A stretch of 64,000 nucleotides of DNA, taken from NCBI GenBank assembly GCA_902385655.1, contig CABMGO010000005.1:248693-312692 (forward strand), written 5' to 3'. Origin of the DNA: an uncultured archaeon. Lineage in GTDB: Archaea > Nanobdellota > Nanobdellia > Pacearchaeales > GW2011-AR1. Under the pieces are notes generated by a model that made no database searches, had not been told where the DNA came from, and worked only from the letters and a program-made list of their open reading frames with translations. Every line of letters starts with the position of its first letter. Within the stretch, counting starts at the first letter, position 1. Below are positions 57,729-64,000 of the stretch, piece after piece. Made by a program: the position numbers and the translations under genes.

Positions 57729-58322
57729 TTACAAATTAGTTATCTCTTTTTTAACTATCTGCATATCGGCTTCCCATAAAGATTTTAACTTTTGATTATA
57801 AATTATTGCTGCAGGATGAAATAAAGGAATAAGCTTAATTTTGAGACCTTCAAATTCCATAATTCTAACTTTTCCATGTAAACTTGTAATTCCTGGCTGA
57901 CTATCCATTTCATCAACTTCACCATTAGCTAAGAAAAATTTTGTAGCATAATTTCCCAAAGAACAAACTACAGCAGGTTTCATTTCCCTAATTTGCTTAA
58001 TAAGCCAAGGAGTATGGGCCTTAATTTCTTCAGGCAAAGGATTTCTATTTTCAGGAGGCCTGCATTTTAGTATATTCGCAACATAAATATCATTCAAACT
58101 TAATCCAACTTCATGAAGAAGTTTATCTAAATTTTTTCCAGCTGCACCAACAAAGGGAAAACCCTGCTCGTCCTCATTTCTTCCTGGCGCCTCACCAACA
58201 AACAAAATTTTCGCATTGATATTTCCTTTTCCAACAACAATATTTTTACAATTTTTACAAATATCTGTCTGCTTAACTAACTCTGCTTCTGGAAAATTAA
58301 ATTCGGATTCGTTGATTGCCAT
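57729..58322 (-). CDS. Family-4/5 uracil-DNA glycosylase
   Basis: CKNIVVGKGNINAKILFVGEAPGRNEDEQGFPFVGAAGKNLDKLL ... LIPLFHPAAI. Confidence 0.85.
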   Translation of the reverse strand: MAINESEFNFPEAELVKQTDICKNCKNIVVGKGNINAKILFVGEAPGRNEDEQGFPFVGAAGKNLDKLLHEVGLSLNDIYVANILKCRPPENRNPLPEEIKAHTPWLIKQIREMKPAVVCSLGNYATKFFLANGEVDEMDSQPGITSLHGKVRIMEFEGLKIKLIPLFHPAAIIYNQKLKSLWEADMQIVKKEITNL

Positions 58323-58625
58323 CTAGCTTTCCTCAAGAATTATTCTTTTACTAAATCCCCCACGTTTAGCAAATTTTTCTCTTCTTAATAATTCCAACTT
58401 ATTTCTATCAAATTTTTTGTAATCACAAATAGCATAAATAATCTCAAGAAGGTCTGCCAATTCTTCCTTATTTTCCACCTCAGAAAATTCCTTAAATTCC
58501 TCAGAGAATTTTTCCTTTAATTTTAACCAATACTCCTTATCAGAAGCAGTATGATATAAGCATTTTTGGCCACTGCACCCGATAATCTCGGGAATTTTAT
58601 CTCTCACGAGTTTATTATATTGCAT
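58323..58625 (-). CDS. MazG-like NTP pyrophosphohydrolase-related protein
   Basis: MQYNKLVRDKIPEII...KEEFSEVENKEELADLLEIIYAICDY. Confidence 0.75.
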   Translation of the reverse strand: MQYNKLVRDKIPEIIGCSGQKCLYHTASDKEYWLKLKEKFSEEFKEFSEVENKEELADLLEIIYAICDYKKFDRNKLELLRREKFAKRGGFSKRIILEES

Positions 58626-58659
58626 AAAAGAGAATAAACTAAATGCATTAATAAATTTA

Positions 58660-58832
58660 CGCCCCCACCGAGCAATTCGCTTTTGCTAAACATTCTTGAA
58701 AATAGGTTAAATTACAAATGCAAATTGCGAGCAAAGGATTTGTTCAAATCCAAGTAACGCTTCCCACGAAAAAAATTTCGCTTTGAAGAACAAAAAAGCA
58801 ATCTCAGTATTCTGAAATGCAAAATTTTTTCA
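58660..58832 (+). repeat. Two family-1 hairpin repeats (copies I, J) next to tRNA-Arg
   Basis: gagcaattcgcttttgc...caaatgcaaattgcgagc and acgaaaaaaatttcgctttg...gaaatgcaaaattttttc; cgcccccac at 58661-58669 duplicates the tRNA 3' end. Confidence 0.65.
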
Positions 58833-58860
58833 AGATTTGAACTGAGAAGAGGTTCAAAGA

Positions 58861-58933
58861 CGCCCCCACGAGGATTTGAACCTCGGTCGTACGGACCGCA
58901 ACCATACATTCTATCCAGCTGAACTATAGGGGC
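58861..58933 (-). tRNA. tRNA-Arg (GCG)
   Basis: GCCCCTA...TGGGGGC; TATGG TTGCGGT CCGTA anticodon arm; GGTTCAAATCC T arm. Confidence 0.8.
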
Positions 58934-59034
58934 AAAATAACAATAATAACAATAAAAAAGACTTTTAAAACCTATCAAAATTTAGAAAAGTAAACTATAG
59001 TTAACTTTTTAAGCATATTTTCTCTAAATAAAAC

Positions 59035-60189
59035 ATGGAAAAATTATATTTAGACAATGCTGCAACAACTCCTTTAGCAAAAGAAGTGGTTCAAGAGTTA
59101 AATAAAAAAATAAGTCTATTTGGAAACCCGTCATCAAGACATGTGCTTGGAAGAGAAGCAAAAATTGAAATAGAAAAAGCAAGAGAGAAAATTGCAAAAT
59201 CAATAAATGCAAAACCGGAAGAAATCATTTTTACTTCTGGAGCTACAGAGAGTAATAACTTAGCAATAAAGGGCCTAGCGGAAGCAAATCCTACGAAGAA
59301 GCAGATTATTACTTCTGAAATTGAACATCCAAGTATCTTAGAAGTATGTAAGAACTTAGGAAAAAGAGGATACCAAATAGACAAAATATCTGTTGACTCA
59401 GAAGGAATAATCAATTTAAAAGAGCTAAAAGATAAAATTTCAAAAGACGCACTTCTAGTTTCAGTTATGCATGTAAACAATGAAATTGGGACAATTCAAC
59501 CAATTGAAGAAATAGCAAAGATCTGCAAAGAAAAAAATGTGCCTTTCCACACAGATGCAGTACAATCGTTCGGAAAATTAAAGATAGATGTTCAAAAAAT
59601 AGGAATAAACCTTCTCTCAGCATCAGGACATAAATTAAATGCATTGAAAGGAATAGGATTCTTATATGTAAAAAGGGGGATGAATATTGAACCTCAATTG
59701 AATGGAGGAGGACAAGAAAACAACCTAAGGAGCGGAACAGAAAATGTTTTAGGAATTATTTCACTAGCAAAAGCAATCGAACTGAAAAGAGAATCAGAAA
59801 AAGTAGAAAAATCAAGAGATAAAATAATCAATAAACTTCTAGAAATATCCGGATCAAAATTAAATGGTTCAAAAGAAAAAAGAATTTACAATAACATAAA
59901 CATATCTTTCTATGGAATAGAAGGAGAAAGTTTACAGATGTTCTTAGATGAAGAAGGAATTTTCATTTCAACAAGTTCTGCATGCGCCTCAAACAAACTT
60001 GCAAAAAGTCATGTTCTAAAAGCGATAGGGATTGACAAAATGTATCTTAATGGAAGTATCAGAATTACCCTAGACACATTGAAACTGCTTACAACAAAAC
60101 AAGAAGATTTTATAATTAAAAAAATAAAAGAAAATGTAGAAAAACTTCAAAAGATAAGCCCATTTAAATTTCAGGAGGATAAAAAATAA
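59035..60189 (+). CDS. iscS: Cysteine desulfurase
   Basis: YLDNAATTPLAKEV, HVNNEIGTIQPIEEIA, HTDAVQSFGK, SASGHKLNALKGIGFLY, SSACAS. Confidence 0.9.
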   Translation: MEKLYLDNAATTPLAKEVVQELNKKISLFGNPSSRHVLGREAKIEIEKAREKIAKSINAKPEEIIFTSGATESNNLAIKGLAEANPTKKQIITSEIEHPSILEVCKNLGKRGYQIDKISVDSEGIINLKELKDKISKDALLVSVMHVNNEIGTIQPIEEIAKICKEKNVPFHTDAVQSFGKLKIDVQKIGINLLSASGHKLNALKGIGFLYVKRGMNIEPQLNGGGQENNLRSGTENVLGIISLAKAIELKRESEKVEKSRDKIINKLLEISGSKLNGSKEKRIYNNINISFYGIEGESLQMFLDEEGIFISTSSACASNKLAKSHVLKAIGIDKMYLNGSIRITLDTLKLLTTKQEDFIIKKIKENVEKLQKISPFKFQEDKK

Positions 60190-60209
60190 ATTTAAGAAAA
60201 ATTAAAACG

Positions 60210-60305
60210 AGAAAGTTTTCGCATTAAATAACAAGGATAACTTCAAAAGATAGGGGCGGGATTTTCTGCGTAGCAGAAAATTTGGGGAAATTATGCGAAA
60301 ATTTT
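60210..60305 (+). repeat. 96-nt structured element, copy 4
   Basis: GAAAGTTTTCGCAT...GGATAACTTCAAAAGATAGGGGCGGG-ATTTTCTGCGTAGCAGAAAAT-TTGGGGAAATTATGCGAAAATTTTG. Confidence 0.8.
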
Positions 60306-60316
60306 GATAAAAGAAC

Positions 60317-60715
60317 ATGAAACCAACAAACACGTATAGCAAAGAAGTAATAAAGCACTTTACAAAACCAGCTAACCAAGGAGAAATAAAAAATCCGAGC
60401 GCGATTGGAGAAATTGGAAATCCAGTCTGTGGAGATGTAATGAAAGTTTATCTTAAGATAGCAAAAAATAAATCTGGAAAAAATTACATCAAAGACATAA
60501 AATTCCAAACAATGGGTTGTGCGGCAGCAATTGCAACATCTTCAATGATTACAAAGCTCGCAAAAGGAAAAACAATCGAAGAAGCAAAAAAAATAACAAA
60601 TGCTCAAGTTGCAGAATCGCTTAAAGGACTGCCACCAATAAAGATGCACTGCTCAAACCTTGCAGCAGATGCCTTGAAAAAAGCAATAGAAAATTTAGAA
60701 AAAAAGAAAAAATAA
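60317..60715 (+). CDS. iscU: Fe-S cluster scaffold protein IscU
   Basis: NPVCGDVMKVYLKI ... FQTMGCAAAIATSSMITKLAKGKTIEEA. Confidence 0.9.
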   Translation: MKPTNTYSKEVIKHFTKPANQGEIKNPSAIGEIGNPVCGDVMKVYLKIAKNKSGKNYIKDIKFQTMGCAAAIATSSMITKLAKGKTIEEAKKITNAQVAESLKGLPPIKMHCSNLAADALKKAIENLEKKKK

Positions 60716-60729
60716 ACAAATAATAAAAA

Positions 60730-61002
60730 TTACTTCCCGCTAACTTTCAACTTTTCAAATAAAGTAACATACCTTTGGCATTCGTGAAAATTATCTCCGC
60801 AGAAATTACAAAGATCATAGCCAAATCCTCTGCCATCAGCATCAGGGCCCGCAGTTAACTTACACCAGAACTGATTATCAAAATCCCCGCCAAGACCTTG
60901 CTCTCTCGAAGGACATTTTGTATAATGCCCATCAGGTAAACAATTAAAATTAGTCTCTTGACCTCCAAAATCTGCAGTACCTCTATATTGTCCATCACCC
61001 AT
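60730..61002 (-). CDS. Small Cys-rich protein, unknown
   Basis: 90 aa with 8 Cys, GDGQYRGTADFGGQETNFNCLPDGHYTKCPSREQ. Confidence 0.55.
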   Translation of the reverse strand: MGDGQYRGTADFGGQETNFNCLPDGHYTKCPSREQGLGGDFDNQFWCKLTAGPDADGRGFGYDLCNFCGDNFHECQRYVTLFEKLKVSGK

Positions 61003-61030
61003 TTTTTACCTCCTTTTTTATTTAAGATAA

Positions 61031-62137
61031 TTAATCTATTTCCACATCATGTAAACCATCTGTCTCAACTTGGAAAACAGTTTCATTATCTGGTAAATTA
61101 GGAGAGTCAATTAATTTCGCAACTCTAGAATCTTTCTTACCTCTTCTCAAATACATTCTATAAGTAGAAGCATGAGCAACAATGTTACCTCCAACAGCTT
61201 TTGTCGGATCTCCAAACATCTGAGCAGGATCTGCCATTACCTGATTTGTTACATAAACCGCAATATTATAACTTTCAGCAAGCTTCATTAAATTGTGTAA
61301 ATACTTGTTCATTTTTTGTTGCCTATCTGCTAACATTCCTCTTCCAGAAAATTCAGCTCTGAAATGTGCAGTCAAAGAATCGATAACAATTAGTTTGATT
61401 GGTTCGCCATTTTTAATTAACTCGGCAATTTTATCTAAAAGTAAAATCTGATGATCAGAATTAAATGCTCTCGCAACCAAAATATTTTTCAAAACTTTAT
61501 CTGGATTTGCGTTATATCTCACAGCAAGCTGTCTTATTCTTTCAGGTCTAAATGTTCCTTCAGTATCTATAAAAACTGCTTTACCATTTGCACCGCCTTG
61601 TTCAAGGGGCAACTGGACATTAACAGTTAAGGCTAAAGCCAACTGAGTCTTTCCACTTCCAAAAGCGCCAAAAGCCTCAGTTATTGACTTTGTCTCCACT
61701 CCTTTTCCTCCCAAAAGGTTATCCAAATTTTTACTTCCTGTAGTAATATAACCAACAGACTTTCTCTTTTCAGAAAATTCTAACCCATCAGAGAAACCTA
61801 AATTCATCATCTGTCTTGCAGCTTGAATCGCTTTTCTAGCAGCAGCTTCGCCAAGACCAGCCATCTCAGCAAGTTCCTTAGGACCTAAAACAGCCAAACC
61901 CATTAAATCATAAACGCCAGCAGCCTCTAGTTTTGCAGCAGTCCCAGGACCAATCCCAGGTATATCTGTCAACTTTTTATCTTCTTCCTCAGCCTCTTCT
62001 TCTTTCGTCTTCTTTTTTCCACCCTTAAGAGCGTGGACACCGAGCGGTGTTGATTTTTTTTCTTCAGAATCTTCTATTTTTTCCTCAACCATTCTCCAGA
62101 AAACCACGTTTTCTTTATAAAGATTTATGTTATTCAA
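61031..62137 (-). CDS. radA: DNA repair and recombination protein RadA
   Basis: LTDIPGIGPGTAAKLEAAGVYDLMGLA, GAFGSGKTQLALALTV; N-terminal linker contains STPLGVHALKGG. Confidence 0.95.
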   Translation of the reverse strand: MNNINLYKENVVFWRMVEEKIEDSEEKKSTPLGVHALKGGKKKTKEEEAEEEDKKLTDIPGIGPGTAAKLEAAGVYDLMGLAVLGPKELAEMAGLGEAAARKAIQAARQMMNLGFSDGLEFSEKRKSVGYITTGSKNLDNLLGGKGVETKSITEAFGAFGSGKTQLALALTVNVQLPLEQGGANGKAVFIDTEGTFRPERIRQLAVRYNANPDKVLKNILVARAFNSDHQILLLDKIAELIKNGEPIKLIVIDSLTAHFRAEFSGRGMLADRQQKMNKYLHNLMKLAESYNIAVYVTNQVMADPAQMFGDPTKAVGGNIVAHASTYRMYLRRGKKDSRVAKLIDSPNLPDNETVFQVETDGLHDVEID

Positions 62138-62185
62138 AGAGCATATTCAAAAATAAATCTACGACGAGAAAAACCAGAGAAATTG

Positions 62186-62662
62186 TTATACAAAAGTAAT
62201 AAATCTTCCAAAAAGTAACCAGATATCAACTAACAAAACTAAAACAAAAAAAATTTCTTCAAGAATTCTACCCGTTTTAACACCGAACAGAGAAATTTTT
62301 TTTCGATACAACGGCCAAAATAAAAAAATCCCCTCACGCGTAATAAAATCTAAAAATAAATGAGATAAGTATCCAACAAAAAAGCCAAGACTGGCAGTTT
62401 GATCAACTAAAAAAAGTAAAAAACTTAGAAAGAAAGCAAAGAGCAAACTGTGAACCATTCCACGATGAGAAACAACCCATTGAAATGGCCTGAAAAACCA
62501 ATGATTACCAATTTTGGACTTTCTCGAATCAATATCTACAAATATTGTAGCTAAAAAAAGAAAAATCCCAAAAACAACCTTCGAAGCAAAACTTGCTTGA
62601 GAAAGATCTAAATAAAATAAATACAAAAATAAACTAAAAACAATGTGTGAACGAAATAACAT
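62186..62662 (-). CDS. Membrane-bound metal-dependent hydrolase (YdjM-like)
   Basis: DIDSRKSKIGNHWFFRPFQWVVSHRGMVHSLLFA...GYLSHLFLDFIT. Confidence 0.8.
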   Translation of the reverse strand: MLFRSHIVFSLFLYLFYLDLSQASFASKVVFGIFLFLATIFVDIDSRKSKIGNHWFFRPFQWVVSHRGMVHSLLFAFFLSFLLFLVDQTASLGFFVGYLSHLFLDFITREGIFLFWPLYRKKISLFGVKTGRILEEIFFVLVLLVDIWLLFGRFITFV

Positions 62663-62685
62663 CTAACCAAGAAACTAAAGAAGTA

Positions 62686-63642
62686 TTAATTCTTTTCTAG
62701 TTTCTCAATCAACTTGTCAGGATCAGCTTTTTCTAAATCCTGGATAGACAATTCCAAGTTATTGAATAATTGATTCTTTCTTACCATTCCTTTTACATAA
62801 ACTTCAGTTCCCAATAAATCACTCTTAAAAATTTCAAACTGCACAGGATCTTTTAGTTTATCTAAAGAAGTCATCTTCTCCAACTGATCGGAGAAAATAA
62901 CTGTTCTTAAAGTTTCAGTTCCATCGTCTAAAATCAAATTGAGTAAAGCTCTCTCCTTGGGAACAACTTTTCCATGTTCATTGCATGAGAATCCATCGAC
63001 CTCTTGATTAACTTTTTTTCCGCATTGAGAACAAACAGAAAAAAACCGAGGAGTAAACATCTGAACAATCGTTCCTCTAATTAAAACTCCTCCATTTTCT
63101 GAAAGAGAATCAATTGTTTTTTCAGAAAAATTTGTTTCAGTCTTAACAGTTTGTATTTGCACAGAACTCTTCTTTAACTCAGAAAAACCAGAAAGATGTA
63201 TCTCTCCTTCTCTAGTAGACCCATTTCTAATTTCAATAACATCTCCAGCTTTAACGTCTTTATTTTCTATTAAAGAAATATGATTCGTATCCCACAAAAC
63301 GACTTTGGAATTTCCAGTTTCATCTGCAACAATCAGATTAGCAACTTTCCCACTTCTCCCATTTTTATCAAAACTCCTAACTGGAAAAATGTTTATTACC
63401 TTAGCAGTAACATTAACTTTCTTCATTCCTGGCATCAATTCAGAAATTCTCAGACTAACACTATCAAAAGTGATTCCAAGTTCAGCAGCAATAATTTGTG
63501 CGGCACCTTCTTTAGAAATTAAACCAGATAACTTTGCCCTTCTAGCTTCAATCCTTCTTTCGACCTCTTCTTTCGGAATCTTCGCAGAACTCGAGATCCT
63601 CTCAACAAGTAAAGCATAACTTTCAGGCATAAGAGAAACCAA
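62686..63642 (-). CDS. Replication protein A-like OB-fold ssDNA-binding protein
   Basis: NVTAKVINIFPVRSFDKNGRSGKVANLIVADETGNSKVVLWD; Zn-finger CSQCGKKVNQEVDGFSCNEHG. Confidence 0.8.
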   Translation of the reverse strand: MVSLMPESYALLVERISSSAKIPKEEVERRIEARRAKLSGLISKEGAAQIIAAELGITFDSVSLRISELMPGMKKVNVTAKVINIFPVRSFDKNGRSGKVANLIVADETGNSKVVLWDTNHISLIENKDVKAGDVIEIRNGSTREGEIHLSGFSELKKSSVQIQTVKTETNFSEKTIDSLSENGGVLIRGTIVQMFTPRFFSVCSQCGKKVNQEVDGFSCNEHGKVVPKERALLNLILDDGTETLRTVIFSDQLEKMTSLDKLKDPVQFEIFKSDLLGTEVYVKGMVRKNQLFNNLELSIQDLEKADPDKLIEKLEKN

Positions 63643-63741
63643 TCGTCTTTCTTTATAAGCATTATTGTGTTAAAAAAGAAAAGTAAGAAGTTTAGTGGTT
63701 CAACTCCAAAGATTTATAAAGGAAAATTCTGACCTATAATC

Positions 63742-63891
63742 ATGGCAAAATGCACAAGCTGTGGAAACGAATCTGGCGAAGTAATAAAATTTAACTGTCC
63801 TAGATGTAACAAGAAATTAATGCAAAGATGTGACAAATGCAGATCACTTTCTATCGAGTATAAATGCCCATGTGGCTTCGAAGGACCTTAA
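63742..63891 (+). CDS. Small zinc-ribbon RNA-binding-type protein
   Basis: MAKCTSCGNESGEVIKFNCPRCNKKLMQRCDKCRSLSIEYKCPCGFEGP. Confidence 0.75.
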   Translation: MAKCTSCGNESGEVIKFNCPRCNKKLMQRCDKCRSLSIEYKCPCGFEGP

Positions 63892-63892
63892 T

Positions 63893-64000
63893 ATGGGAGT
63901 CGCACTTTTTCAAGTAAAATTAATGCCAGAAAGTCCAGAAATCAATAGAGTTTCTTTAGCTGAAGAAGCAAAGGAAACTGTAGAAGATCTTGGAGCAACA
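63893..64000 (+). CDS. Elongation factor 1-beta, truncated by window end
   Basis: MGVALFQVKLMPESPEINRVSLAEEAKETVEDLGAT...; follows the Zn-ribbon gene. Confidence 0.65.
   Translation, partial: MGVALFQVKLMPESPEINRVSLAEEAKETVEDLGAT

Noticed and set aside
1-64000. CRISPR array
   Set aside because: No regularly spaced direct repeats with unique spacers and no cas-like genes seen; the repeats present are dispersed and structured.

Overview
The window is a chromosomal fragment (AT-rich, dense, TATA-box promoters) of an archaeon, probably a small-genome DPANN lineage (Woesearchaeota/Pacearchaeota-like; this placement is an inference from protein content). The protein cargo is mostly archaeal information processing: EndA, S17e, S8e, TFB, L44e, S3Ae, S27e, S6e, S15, aIF2-alpha/gamma, FtsY, SRP54, Bud32, GINS, RPA-like, RadA, RecJ-like DHH, primase small subunit, Sm/LSm, Nop10, GlyRS and RNase Z. 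There is also a copper-handling cluster (CopA, HMA, ArsR, two cupredoxins), an IscS/IscU pair, a very large secreted-protein locus and a run of four multi-TM proteins. Seven tRNAs were found, two of them intron-containing. The unusual signal is in short structured repeats. (1) A ~30-nt double-hairpin element occurs six times. It is inserted in the same reading frame in linkers or tails of S3Ae (twice), FtsY and a winged-helix protein, encoding EAQQSHTLGE/EAQQGHPIGK, and both stems show compensatory changes. (2) A strikingly length-conserved ~96-nt element has a covarying outer stem, a variable apical hairpin and invariant GGATAACT...TAGGGGYGGG / GGGGARATTA strands. It has four full copies plus two of a related subtype. 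(3) A ~70-80 nt hairpin repeat (TTCGCTTT...RAAATGCAAATT) is present in 10 or more copies. Several lie beside tRNA genes and abut duplicated tRNA 3' ends. One such duplication bounds a ~6.1-kb integrative island carrying a tyrosine recombinase. (4) A tandem structured element (TGGAGA...GTAGARCTAAAACNTGCAGGACCAG) occurs four times. All structure statements were made by eye and need computational confirmation.
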